A stretch of DNA of 64,000 nucleotides from Myxococcales bacterium (lineage in GTDB: Bacteria; Myxococcota_A; Polyangia; Polyangiales; DASUME01): assembly GCA_047601445.1 (NCBI GenBank), contig JASGJH010000001.1:2912001-2976000 (forward strand). Direction: 5' to 3'. The notes below the pieces were generated by a model that was not told where the DNA came from, did no database searches, and saw only the letters and a program-made list of their open reading frames with translations. This document shows, one piece after another, positions 22,400-32,128 of this stretch. Each line of letters opens with the position of its first letter. Position 1 is the first letter of the stretch. The translations under genes and the position numbers were made by a program.

Positions 22400-23176
22400 G
22401 TGCCGTCAGTCCTTTGTCCGCCGCCGGAGCGCACGCTCGCGCTTCGGCGGAGCGTCTCGTGCGCCTTCTTCATGACCGTCGCCCATCTCTTGCTCGCTCC
22501 CTCCGCAGTGCGCGCCGAGGCGACCACCGCGGAGGGGACACCGGCTTGCGCCGCGGGGCAAGTCTGCGCTGGCGAGAAGACGCCGGTGGTCACCGGCTTT
22601 TTTCTGGGCATCGACGCCGGATACACCTGGGTCGACACAGGGCCGGCCCGCCGCGTCTCCATCGGTAGAGGAGTGCCGTTCGTTGGCCGCATCAGCCTGG
22701 AGTTCTGGGACCAAGCGGTGATCGGGCTGAGCGTGGGGGCGCAGCTCTTCAAGGACCTCGCCCCCACCTCGGAGCAGGTCGTGGATTGTCAGCGCGTGAA
22801 CGGTGTCGTCGTCGACTGCGACGACGAGCCGCATGCTCAGCAATCGGGCGTGCATGGCCCGTTGATGATGTTCGAGGGCGGATGGCAGCCGCAGATCAGG
22901 TTGAGCCGCGCCACCCTGCTGGCGCCGGGTCCCGTGTTCGGATACCTGCACACGTTCGGCGGAATCCGCCGCGAGGTGGCCTGTGACGGCTGTCCGAAAG
23001 GAGACCGCCTCGACTTCGATGCGAGCGGTCCCTACCTGGGTGGCTCGCTGCAGTTCAGTCTCGTGCGGAGCATGGGATTCGCCGTCGCGCTGCGCTCGCT
23101 GTGGTTCTTCGCGAGCGACCTGCATCAGATGACCACCCTGGGCTTCGGCTTCTTTGCTCACGAGGACACGCCATGA
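22400..23176 (+). CDS. Secreted, probable outer-membrane beta-barrel protein
   Basis: Signal ending AVRA, alternating amphipathic strands (FFLGIDAGY, YLGGSLQF, TTLGFGFF), paired Cys in loops. Confidence 0.55.
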   Translation: MPSVLCPPPERTLALRRSVSCAFFMTVAHLLLAPSAVRAEATTAEGTPACAAGQVCAGEKTPVVTGFFLGIDAGYTWVDTGPARRVSIGRGVPFVGRISLEFWDQAVIGLSVGAQLFKDLAPTSEQVVDCQRVNGVVVDCDDEPHAQQSGVHGPLMMFEGGWQPQIRLSRATLLAPGPVFGYLHTFGGIRREVACDGCPKGDRLDFDASGPYLGGSLQFSLVRSMGFAVALRSLWFFASDLHQMTTLGFGFFAHEDTP

Positions 23177-24144
23177 CTCAGTGGTTTCTTCGGTCCCGCT
23201 TGTGCGTTGCCCTGATCAGCCTCGTCGCGGGGTGCCTGAGCGTCCCGGTCTTCGAGCCGCACAACATTCCGCAGTACAAGGGGGCGGCCGTCGGGCGCTT
23301 CTCCATCACGCTCGACCAGCAACCCAGGCAAGGCTGCACGGTTCACTTCGCTGCGCCGAACAATCCTCCTTCTCACATCACGCTCGACGAAACGGGCTGG
23401 GTCTTCAGCTCCTTCTGGCAAGGCACCAACGCGCTCGCACGCGTGGAATGTCCCGTCTATCGAGGCAAGATGGTCGCCCATTTGGGGAACCGACTGAAAT
23501 TTCAGGTCCCAGGCGACGGAACCATCGCCTACTTTGGGCACGTCCACATCGAGCTCAACGGCCGATTTCACCCGTTCATCGACCGGATTCGGGGAATCGA
23601 ACAGAAGCCGGTGGAGCTCAAGGTCGAAAGCAACATCGACGACGCCGTGCGCGAGTACGATACCCGGTACCGCGGGTTTGCCAGCACACTGCGGGTCGTC
23701 GATGGTCTGCGCGGCGCGACCAGCCCCGACCTGGTCGAGGAGCACAGTGAGCTCGATGGCCTCAAGGTCGCCTGGCGTGGCCTGCCCGCTTCGCTTCCGA
23801 ACGAGGTGGTCTTTGGCTTCCTACTCGAGGGCAGTGGTCCCACGCTGGCAGATTGCAAACGATTCACGCTCGTCGTCGATGGCCAACCGCTCGACTTCGT
23901 GCCGGAGTATTGGGCCGCCGCGAACGCATCGCCTGCCAGGGAAGTACTGCAGGTCCGACTCGATCTCGCCACCCTGCGCACGCTCGCTGCAGGGGAACGC
24001 GTCGACCTGAAGGCCTGCAGCGTCGAACGCTCGTTCACACCTCAGGCGATCGCAGTCACCCGAATCTTCGGCGAGCGCTTCGAAGAGCGTCTGGGCAGCC
24101 AAGGGTCCACGGCGACGGGAGCTACGGGAGAAGGCACCGAGTAG
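23173..24144 (+). CDS. Hypothetical lipoprotein
   Basis: Lipobox LVAGC; ATGA-coupled to the upstream gene. Confidence 0.7.
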   Translation: MTQWFLRSRLCVALISLVAGCLSVPVFEPHNIPQYKGAAVGRFSITLDQQPRQGCTVHFAAPNNPPSHITLDETGWVFSSFWQGTNALARVECPVYRGKMVAHLGNRLKFQVPGDGTIAYFGHVHIELNGRFHPFIDRIRGIEQKPVELKVESNIDDAVREYDTRYRGFASTLRVVDGLRGATSPDLVEEHSELDGLKVAWRGLPASLPNEVVFGFLLEGSGPTLADCKRFTLVVDGQPLDFVPEYWAAANASPAREVLQVRLDLATLRTLAAGERVDLKACSVERSFTPQAIAVTRIFGERFEERLGSQGSTATGATGEGTE

Positions 24145-24166
24145 AGGCCGAGGGACGTGGACACGC

Positions 24167-25468
24167 TTGCTGAACAGAGCTGGCGCGGGCGCCTGCGTCA
24201 GGGTGCTATCATGCCCTTCTCTGCAGGTGCTCGCCGACATAACTCGAACCGGAAAGGCCGCACCGCGCGCTCGGCCGCATCGCCAGACGCATCCTGCGTT
24301 CGTCCTGCTATCGATCGTGGCCCTCTCGTTGAGCGCTGGCGCTTGCGAGAAGCGGAGGGCGCCCACCGTTCGCCCGCCAGAGCTGGTCGCGCAGTCTCCC
24401 CGGAGCACAGCGCCGGCCGGTCCAAATCCGCAGGCACCCACCCCTACCCTGGCCCACGCACTCCTGGGTCTCGAGGGCCACTACCTACGTGACTGCAATG
24501 GACTCGAGTCCGAACAGTGGCTGGCCACACGCAAGGCCGCCCTCGATCGGCTGCTCGACGCGGTCGACGCCAACATCGCCGCCCTGTCGGGTCGAGCTGC
24601 GGACTGGGGACCCGCCGGGGTAGAACAGGCGCTGCGCAGCGTGGACCAAGCCCTCTACGCCTCCGGCTACGCAGTGTGCGTCGAGACCGAACGGCTGGGC
24701 CAGACCTTCAGCGATCCGATTCCTTACGAAGGAAGCGCGCGCATGCGGGTCTCCGACAACGTCTGTCAGGTCCATCGTAGCCTTCCCTACCGCGATGTAG
24801 CCCTCCGCGGACGGCGCGCCCTGCATCCCTTCGACTGCGATCTGGGTGCGGTCCTCTACATGTCCTCGGCCGCGCGCCACGACTGGCCCCTGGTCCTCGT
24901 CGAGGTGCCCAAGCACAACTTCGTGCGCTGGGTGTTCGCCGATGGAACGCACTTCAACTGGGATGTGAACATCGCCGAGAGCGTCTCGGATCAGGCCTAC
25001 CGTGCCGGCCAAGCGGGGCCCGCCTTCGACGCGATCCAGGAGCGCGAGGCCGGCTATCTGCAAGGCATGTCCGAGCGCGCCGTGCTCGGTTACTACGTCA
25101 GCCTGCTCATCTCGCAGGTGACCTCCGACGTGTGTCTCCTGGAGGCGAAACAGAGCCTTCAGGCTCGACGCAACCTCGAGCCATCGGTGGCCAATGCGCT
25201 CGCATGGGCGCTCGCAACGCGCCCCGCACTGGCCTCTCCCGCCCACAGCGCCGACGCCATCGCGCTCGCCGAGCGGGCCGTGCGAGAGAGCCCCTTCTGC
25301 ACCTACTGGCAGACCCTGTCGTGCGCCTACGCCGCCGCGGGAGATCTCCAGCGGGCCATTCACGTGGAGCGCCACCACGTCTCTCCGGACTCGCCGCGCA
25401 TCGAGCACTACCGTGCAGGACGCAACTGCTATCAAGAGGACGTGGCGCGCAGCCGCGGGTGCGACTGA
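24167..25468 (+). CDS. Lipoprotein with transglutaminase-like (SirB1-type) domain and TPR-like C-terminus
   Basis: FDCD...LY, VPKHNFVRW, FNWD (Cys-His-Asp); NALAWALAT..A..LAERA..TL..AYAAAG; start uncertain. Confidence 0.7.
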   Translation: MLNRAGAGACVRVLSCPSLQVLADITRTGKAAPRARPHRQTHPAFVLLSIVALSLSAGACEKRRAPTVRPPELVAQSPRSTAPAGPNPQAPTPTLAHALLGLEGHYLRDCNGLESEQWLATRKAALDRLLDAVDANIAALSGRAADWGPAGVEQALRSVDQALYASGYAVCVETERLGQTFSDPIPYEGSARMRVSDNVCQVHRSLPYRDVALRGRRALHPFDCDLGAVLYMSSAARHDWPLVLVEVPKHNFVRWVFADGTHFNWDVNIAESVSDQAYRAGQAGPAFDAIQEREAGYLQGMSERAVLGYYVSLLISQVTSDVCLLEAKQSLQARRNLEPSVANALAWALATRPALASPAHSADAIALAERAVRESPFCTYWQTLSCAYAAAGDLQRAIHVERHHVSPDSPRIEHYRAGRNCYQEDVARSRGCD

Positions 25469-25484
25469 GCCGCTCACGGAGAGA

Positions 25485-26057
25485 TCAACGCACGAGGGCA
25501 ATGTCCAGCTTCTCGATGCATGTGACCTCGACGTCATCACCCGGATGCAGGCGTGCGACCCACGCGCGAATGGACGCGGCCTCGATGTCCATGGTGTGCA
25601 CGGTGCCATCCCGGCACCGAAAGGTCGTGCTCGCTCCTCCACGGGCCACCGCGAGGATCTCGACTGTGGTCGCGACCCTACGGCCGAAGACCACGCCATC
25701 GGGGAGCGCGGCCCCTGTATAAACCTCGTCTTCGAAGGCGTGCCCGGGCTTGAGGATTTGGAAGGCCAGCGACTCCTCTCGATCGACGCGCACCCTGTCA
25801 CCGGTCTCCATGCGTCCGAACACGACGTCGTCCCCCACGGCCACCGCCGACAGGGTTCCGTCGGCGATCTTCATGGTGACGATCCGAGCGATGCGGTCGA
25901 TGCCCGTCAGCGTGGCGATCATGGTGGACATGACCTCCGCTCCCGACTTCGGGGGCGGGCTTTGTCGGCTCCCTGCGCAACCGATGCCGCCAACCAAAGC
26001 GACCAGGCAGGCATAGGCACTGTTTGCCGCCGAGCGTGACGTGCAGGTCTTCGTCAT
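25485..26057 (-). CDS. Hypothetical lipoprotein with two OB-fold-like repeats
   Basis: GIGC lipobox; GD-R/D-V-x-V ends both halves. Confidence 0.6.
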   Translation of the reverse strand: MTKTCTSRSAANSAYACLVALVGGIGCAGSRQSPPPKSGAEVMSTMIATLTGIDRIARIVTMKIADGTLSAVAVGDDVVFGRMETGDRVRVDREESLAFQILKPGHAFEDEVYTGAALPDGVVFGRRVATTVEILAVARGGASTTFRCRDGTVHTMDIEAASIRAWVARLHPGDDVEVTCIEKLDIALVR

Positions 26058-26323
26058 GCGTGCCTTTCGGTTGGGTCCACCGGGTGGACATCCGTCGCGC
26101 ACGTTCTCGCGCAATGACTCGAAGGTTTCGCGATGGAGCTCAAGAGAAACTGACACTCCAGCTCGCTAGAGGCCGCAGACATTCGACGCGAAGGCCTCGA
26201 GATCAGCCTCGAAAGCGCTTACTTACTCCGCGGTTCACCCCAACTCGCGCAGGCAGCTCGTGAATCGCCCGGGTTAGGCAGCGTCTTGCGCACTTCTGTG
26301 CCCCTCGCCACTCGGAGAACTGC

Positions 26324-27448
26324 ATGCGCTCCTGTTCAGGTCTTCTTCAACCTTCATGGTCCGGTTTGTTGCTCACGGCGGCCCTGCTCGGCGCCTGCGG
26401 CGATGATCCCCAACACGGCGGCCCGACCGACGCAGGCACTCAGGACGGCTCGCAGCAGATGACCGATGAAGACGGCGGGCCTCAAGGCGATGGCGACGCC
26501 AATCCCGAGCCCGGCTCGTGCTCTCCGAAAGGAGGCCCCAAGTTCGACGACCTCAAGAAGAGCGGCAAGGGCGTCGACCTGGGCTTCGAGGAGAGCTCGG
26601 GTTTCGTCTATCAGGGAGACTTCTACTTCCACGAAGACACGGGCGGGCTCAAGCGTATCAAAGCCGGCAGCACCACCGTCGAGACGGTCACCAGCAAGCC
26701 GGGTTCCAGCATCATCGATGGCATGCTCTACGCGACCGACGCCGATGGCACGCACCTCACTCGCGTTCCCCTCGCGACGCCCGACGCGACCCCCGAGGTG
26801 CAGGGCGGCACGATGCGGGGCTTTCCGACGGTCGTCCAGGGCGATTCCATGTACGGCTTCGACGACGTGCGCGACGCGACCCACGACCTCTGGAAGCAGG
26901 ACTTCAAGACCGGCGTGGTCACCGTGCTCGCCAGCGTAAAGGAAGAGTTCGGAGGCATGGACGTGGCCGACGGCTACGCCTACTACACCGACAACACGTT
27001 CGGGGTCGAGCAACTGTTCCGCGTGCCCACCGCGGGCGGCAAGCCCGAGCGCATCAGCAGCAAGAACCAGCACTACTTCGATCTGCAGACCGTCAAGGTG
27101 ATCGGCGACAAGGTCTACTGGGCGGACGGCTACTCACTCCATGTCACGCAGATCGGCGCGGCGGACCCCATGACGGGCACCGAGACCTTCGGCGGCTACG
27201 GCCCAGGCGACGCGCTCTCTTCAGTCTCGAACGGCACGCGTGGCGCGAGCCGCATCACGGAGCGCGGAGACCGCATCTACTGGGTCGATGACAACGGCAA
27301 CTTCGGTTGGACGAGCAAGGACCGCAAGAGCTGCGGCGTCGTGGCCAGCTTCTCGTTCGGCGGCGGCGGCAGCCTGGTCGCCTACGGCGGCGACTCCTTC
27401 TATGCCACGAACAACTTCGAGAATATTTGGCGCTTCCCGCTCGAGTGA
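26324..27448 (+). CDS. Beta-propeller lipoprotein (DUF5050-like)
   Basis: LLGAC lipobox; repeated YW-x-D/YY-T-D blades, RVPTAGG. Confidence 0.8.
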   Translation: MRSCSGLLQPSWSGLLLTAALLGACGDDPQHGGPTDAGTQDGSQQMTDEDGGPQGDGDANPEPGSCSPKGGPKFDDLKKSGKGVDLGFEESSGFVYQGDFYFHEDTGGLKRIKAGSTTVETVTSKPGSSIIDGMLYATDADGTHLTRVPLATPDATPEVQGGTMRGFPTVVQGDSMYGFDDVRDATHDLWKQDFKTGVVTVLASVKEEFGGMDVADGYAYYTDNTFGVEQLFRVPTAGGKPERISSKNQHYFDLQTVKVIGDKVYWADGYSLHVTQIGAADPMTGTETFGGYGPGDALSSVSNGTRGASRITERGDRIYWVDDNGNFGWTSKDRKSCGVVASFSFGGGGSLVAYGGDSFYATNNFENIWRFPLE

Positions 27449-27658
27449 GGGCGTGCGCTACGGCATCGAGAACGTGCCGCCTGAAGAGGCGTGTCTTCCC
27501 GTGCGCTTCGAACATCGTGGCACCCATCGTGAGATAGAGCCGGCACGCTGGGCAACCTCGATGGTACAGGGGTGGTTCCGTAGGCGCTCCTGTTTTCGAA
27601 GATGCTGCGAGAACACGCCGCGATGGCGCCCCACTTGCTGTAGGATCGGGCCGCGTCC

Positions 27659-28477
27659 ATGGAGCCAGAGTCCCGCAGTTCTCCCAGTTGGCGCGCTTCG
27701 GCGTTCGACGCAGGTCTGCGCGGCGCTCGCCTCGCGGAAGACAACCCCTGGGTCGATCTGTTTGCGTTACCGTGCGCTTTTCTCATCGCGTGGGCTTTCA
27801 CGGGCACTCGGTTTGGCCGCCTACTGACGGTGCCGCTGCAGATTCAGTTCCACGAGCTGGGACACGCGCTGGTGGCTTGGCTCACGAGCCGCGCGGCGCT
27901 GCCCCTGCCCTTCGGGTTCACGTTCTGGCGTGAGGAGCGATCGACCTTCGTGGCCTGCTGCGTGCTGTTCTTGCTGAGCTGCTTGCTGGCGCGCGCGGTG
28001 ATCGAGCGGCGGCCCTTCGGCGGAGCGCTGGCCCTGGTGCTGACGCTGTTTTGGTTCGTGCTTTCTCACGTGGTGTCCGCCGCGGGCTCGCTGCGCTGGG
28101 TCATCTGGGGCGGCGTCGCCGGTGAGTTCTTGCTGACGAGCGTGGTTCTGTCGGCATTTTTCTTTCGGCTTCCCGACCGCCTGCGCTGGGACTTCTTCCG
28201 CTTTGTGGCGCTATTTCCGGCCGCCGCCGTGTGGCTTTCGGCAGCACGTCTTTGGCGCGGGATCGCGCGCGGTACGGAGTGGATTCCCCTGGGCTCCCTG
28301 CTGGGAAGCGGGGATGCAGGTGGCGACATGGACCGCCTGCTCCATGACTACGCGATGTCCGAGCAGGCGCTGACCTCCAGCTACCTGCTGACGATGAAGC
28401 TCAGCTGCTTGTTGTGGGCGGGTTGCTACGTGTACTTCGCCACGCGGGCGCTGCGAGCCATCAGGCAGCGCGCGTAG
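27659..28477 (+). CDS. Membrane protein, M50-like intramembrane metallopeptidase
   Basis: FHELGHA HExxH inside a TM region, distal Asp motif GGDM. Confidence 0.7.
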   Translation: MEPESRSSPSWRASAFDAGLRGARLAEDNPWVDLFALPCAFLIAWAFTGTRFGRLLTVPLQIQFHELGHALVAWLTSRAALPLPFGFTFWREERSTFVACCVLFLLSCLLARAVIERRPFGGALALVLTLFWFVLSHVVSAAGSLRWVIWGGVAGEFLLTSVVLSAFFFRLPDRLRWDFFRFVALFPAAAVWLSAARLWRGIARGTEWIPLGSLLGSGDAGGDMDRLLHDYAMSEQALTSSYLLTMKLSCLLWAGCYVYFATRALRAIRQRA

Positions 28478-28803
28478 AGACGGCGCTGGCCGGCGCTCCA
28501 CGCCGCACACGGGGGCAGGCTCTCGGCTAATTTGGGCCGGTGGGACAGCGTCCAATCGACGGTCGATGCCGCACCTTCTGCAAAGATTTTTGGGTCCAGG
28601 AAGACCCGTCAGGCCCATCCAGGTTGCTTGGCAATGGGCGGAAGGAGGCTCTGCAGAGGAGCTTCGGCAACAAAGGTAAGGTTTGGACAGTCAGAACTGA
28701 GGAGACTCGTTCCTGAGCGTGCGACCCGCGCGAAGCTGTGCGCGTGACTATCTCGCGTCAGTGCGTAGATTGAGGCGAGGAGGTTACGGGCGAGGAGGTC
28801 GAT

Positions 28804-30192
28804 GTGATTCGAGGATGGCCCAGCAGACTGCCGGGCGTGATCGCGGCGAAGCCTTCACGCGCGAGCGCTCCATCGGTCCTGATGCAGCGCACGCGGGAGC
28901 GCGCACTGGCGGTGACCTTGCGCTGGATGACACTCGGGCTGATTCCGATCTGGATCGTCTTGATCGCTCAGGCCCTATCGCAAGACGCACTGCTGCCGGT
29001 CGTGGGCTGGTTGGTGGTCATGTCGACTCCGCTCCCGCTCCTCTATCTAGTCCGCTCTCGCCTCGGGCACGAACGCACGAGCATCTTGCTCGTGGCTTCC
29101 CTCTTCGTCATCGTTTTATTCCTCGAGGTCCTCGGGGGCTTCACGCCCGGCGCCGCGTTGATCAGCAACTCGCTGCTCCTGCTGTCGTCGCTGCTGTTCG
29201 GCAAGCGGGCGATGCGCTGGATCTTGGCGGCCTGCCTCGGAAATCTCGCGCTGGGGTGGCTGCTCTATCCGAGCGCATTCGTCGACCATGATGTCTGGCG
29301 ACTCTACGACCCGAGCAATCCTCTGGTCTGGCTTCGCTACGCGCTGGTGCTGCTGTTTTTGGGCGGCGCGCTGCGAGACACCTTCAACGACGTGCGCGGC
29401 CTCGAGCAGGAAAAGCTGCTCAACGAGCTCGGAGCCATTCTCGCCTCGAGCCTCAACGTCCAACAGACACTGGGTGAGGTGAGCAGACGCGTGTCCGAGC
29501 ACCTCGCAGACCTGAGTGTCGTCGACGTGTTGGACGGAAAGCCGATGCGCCTGCATGTGACCGTGCGAGACCCCAAGCGCGCTTGGCTCGGCACGGCGCT
29601 CCGCCACGTGGTGCTCGACTACGGTGGTCCTCACCTCGCAGAGGCGGCGTGGCGCACCCATCAGCCACAAATGGTGCAGGTCACCGACGAGTTCCTGAGG
29701 AGCCACAGCCAGGGGCCCGAGCACCTCGCCCTGCTCCGAGCGCTCCATGCGCGCAGTATCGTGAGCGCACCCATGATCACGCGGGGCCACATGCTGGGCG
29801 TGCTGATCGCGGTCTCCTCGACGCGCCCTTATGACCAACAGGACCTCCAGCTCTTGAGCCAGATCGCGCAGCGTGCAGCGATGGCCGTGGAGAACGCCGC
29901 CCTTCACGGTGCCCTACGTGATGCCCATGCCAATCTGCGCTCGCAGTTCGCGGAGCTGCGTGAGTCACAGGCCAAGGTCCGTACCCTGACCGGCCTGCTC
30001 CCGATCTGCGCCTGGTGTGGTCGCATCCGCGACGACCATCATGCCGGCGCTTGGAAAGACTTCGAGCAGTACGTGATGGACAATACGTCCGCCGACTTCA
30101 CCCACAGCATCTGCCCGGAGTGCGCCAGTCGCTGTCTGTGCGGGAACCGGGATCGTCCGCAAGCAGCGCGACGCTCGGAGCCCCACGAGTAG
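28804..30192 (+). CDS. Membrane protein with GAF domain and C-terminal CxxC/HxxCxxC tail
   Basis: 5-6 TM helices, GAF (LASSL...APM..RG..LGVL..AVENA), coiled coil, LLPICAWC...HSICPEC; start may be 28882. Confidence 0.8.
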   Translation: MIRGWPSRLPGVIAAKPSRASAPSVLMQRTRERALAVTLRWMTLGLIPIWIVLIAQALSQDALLPVVGWLVVMSTPLPLLYLVRSRLGHERTSILLVASLFVIVLFLEVLGGFTPGAALISNSLLLLSSLLFGKRAMRWILAACLGNLALGWLLYPSAFVDHDVWRLYDPSNPLVWLRYALVLLFLGGALRDTFNDVRGLEQEKLLNELGAILASSLNVQQTLGEVSRRVSEHLADLSVVDVLDGKPMRLHVTVRDPKRAWLGTALRHVVLDYGGPHLAEAAWRTHQPQMVQVTDEFLRSHSQGPEHLALLRALHARSIVSAPMITRGHMLGVLIAVSSTRPYDQQDLQLLSQIAQRAAMAVENAALHGALRDAHANLRSQFAELRESQAKVRTLTGLLPICAWCGRIRDDHHAGAWKDFEQYVMDNTSADFTHSICPECASRCLCGNRDRPQAARRSEPHE

Positions 30193-30251
30193 CCGCGCAG
30201 GGCTGCGCCATTGCGTGCCTCGCGCCAAGTGAGCCAGCATGGAGCCGCGTT

Positions 30252-31109
30252 CTAGGTGCTGGCGACCAACAGCTCTTCGGCGTTGTTGGGCGGCCGAAGA
30301 CCATCGCTGCGGCTGGAAAAGTAGCGCTCCGCGAGGGCCGCTGCCGACACGTGCTCGGCCTCTCGGAAGCCCGCTTCGCGCGCCAGGGCCAGCATCTCCT
30401 CCGGCGTGAAGAAGCTGATGAATGGGGTACCGTTGGCGCGGGCGCCCTTCGCGGCCTGCTCGATGCCGGGACGCACCTCGGGGTCAGCCAGCTCGATGGG
30501 GAGCATGAAGGACATGGCGAAGGTGCTGCCCGGAGCGAGTCGCGCCACCTGGCGCATGGTCTCGGAAATGGCCTCCTTCGTGAGGTACATGCTGACTCCC
30601 GTGGAGGCCACGAGCGCGGGGCGCGTCGCGTCGAAGCCCGAGGCGGCCAGGCGCTCCCACCAGGCATCTCCGGCCTCGAAGTCCACCGGCACGAGGCGCA
30701 GGAACTCGGGGACGCCCAAGCCGAGCTCCAGCAAGCGCTGGCGCTTCCACTCCTGAGCTCCCGGGCGGTCGACCTCGAACACGCGCATACGCGACGCGAG
30801 CTCGGGCTTGCGCTGTGCGAAGGTGTCGAGGCCCGCCCCGAGAATGACGTATTGGGCGACGCCGCGTGCGGATGTCTCTTCGAGCAGGTCTTCGATGAAG
30901 CGGGCGCGCGCGACGATGGAGGCCCGGAAGGGCCGCGTGAAGGGGCTCATATCGGGGCGCTGCTGCCAGCCTGCGGCCGGTGCCGCGAGCTTCAGGCCGA
31001 TCTCGTCATGAAACACATGGGGCGGTGGATCGACCTCGACATGGAGGGCCCGCCAGAGGGCCACGCGCACGGCCGTGTTGTCTGCTTCGACGCCGGGCTT
31101 CTTCGACAT
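30252..31109 (-). CDS. SAM-dependent methyltransferase (LCM-like)
   Basis: TAVRVALWRA, ARARFIED, QYVILGAGLDT, FEVD, VPVDFE, GVSMYL. Confidence 0.9.
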   Translation of the reverse strand: MSKKPGVEADNTAVRVALWRALHVEVDPPPHVFHDEIGLKLAAPAAGWQQRPDMSPFTRPFRASIVARARFIEDLLEETSARGVAQYVILGAGLDTFAQRKPELASRMRVFEVDRPGAQEWKRQRLLELGLGVPEFLRLVPVDFEAGDAWWERLAASGFDATRPALVASTGVSMYLTKEAISETMRQVARLAPGSTFAMSFMLPIELADPEVRPGIEQAAKGARANGTPFISFFTPEEMLALAREAGFREAEHVSAAALAERYFSSRSDGLRPPNNAEELLVAST

Positions 31110-31176
31110 GACCGCGCAGTATACGACGCCCAACCAATTCCCGTGGGCCCGCTGGCGGCACGCGCACAACCCATGC

Positions 31177-31206
31177 TTGACATTATATAAGCAAGCGCTT
31201 ATGAAT
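31177..31206 (+). promoter_or_regulatory. Sigma70 promoter (TTGACA) overlapped by palindrome ATAAGC-aagc-GCTTAT, candidate ArsR operator
   Basis: TTGACA at 31177-31182; inverted repeat at 31187-31202. Confidence 0.7.
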
Positions 31207-31212
31207 GGGCTC

Positions 31213-31542
31213 ATGCACAGCGCGGCCGCAGCGGAGAGCAGGATTTTCCAGGCGCTCGCCGATCCCAGCCGCCGAGCCATTTTCGAGTCGCTCACGCGCG
31301 GAGAAGCGGCGGTCAAGGACCTCACGGCGCGCTTTCACATCTCACAGCCGGCGGTGTCACAGCACCTTGCCGCTTTGAGGGACGCCGGCCTGGTGAACGG
31401 TCGGCGCGAGGGCCGTCGCGTCTACTACCGCGTGGAGCCGCGCGGCATGAAGCCGCTGCTCGATTGGATCGCCCATTATCGCGTGTTCTGGGCCGAGCGC
31501 GTCGATCGCCTCGAGCAACTGTTGGAGAAGATGGCCCCATGA
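31213..31542 (+). CDS. ArsR/SmtB-family regulator
   Basis: FQALADPSRRAI, SQPAVSQHL..L..AGLV, GR..YY. Confidence 0.92.
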   Translation: MHSAAAAESRIFQALADPSRRAIFESLTRGEAAVKDLTARFHISQPAVSQHLAALRDAGLVNGRREGRRVYYRVEPRGMKPLLDWIAHYRVFWAERVDRLEQLLEKMAP

Positions 31543-31621
31543 CAAGCCCGCCGATGTGCCTCACTCTGAATGCCCTAGTGAGGGTCGAGAGCGTGAACCC
31601 CTGCACGGAGTCGATGTCCCG

Positions 31622-32128
31622 ATGAAAGCGCCAGCGAGTGCCGCACGCACGGCAAGCAAGTCACCCAAGACCGCCAGCAAGCCCAAGACTGCCACCAAGC
31701 GCAGTTCCCCGGCGAGCGCGAGCAAGGCCAAGCCCGCCCCGAAGGCCAGCGCGGACGACAGCGCGGCGGCCCAGCTCATCGATCAGCGCATCGGTGACCT
31801 GGGAGATTGGCGCGGGGAGACCCTGGCGCGCATGCGAGAGCTCGTGCTGGAGGCCGACGCCGAGATCATCGAAGAATGGAAGTGGGAGAACCCGGTCTGG
31901 TCCCGCGCTGGCATCATCTGCACCGGCGAGGCCTACAAGAAGGCCGTGAAACTCACGTTCGCCAAGGGCGCCATGCTGCCGGATCCCGCTCGGCTCTTCA
32001 ATTCCAGCCTTGAAGGCGCGACGCGCAGGGCGATCGACATCAAAGAAGGTGAGAAGGTCGACGCGGCCGCGTTCAAGGCGCTCGTGAAGGCCGCGGCGGC
32101 CCACAATGCCTCGACCAAGAAGCGCTAG
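31622..32128 (+). CDS. DUF1801 (YdhG-like) protein with Lys/Ala-rich N-terminus
   Basis: LGDWRGETL, EEWKW, GIICTGE.YK..VKLTF.KGA, LFNSSLEG..RRAID. Confidence 0.88.
   Translation: MKAPASAARTASKSPKTASKPKTATKRSSPASASKAKPAPKASADDSAAAQLIDQRIGDLGDWRGETLARMRELVLEADAEIIEEWKWENPVWSRAGIICTGEAYKKAVKLTFAKGAMLPDPARLFNSSLEGATRRAIDIKEGEKVDAAAFKALVKAAAAHNASTKKR

Noticed and set aside
26275..26290. Sigma54-like site taggcagcgtcttgcg
   Set aside because: GG-GC spacing is 9, not 10.
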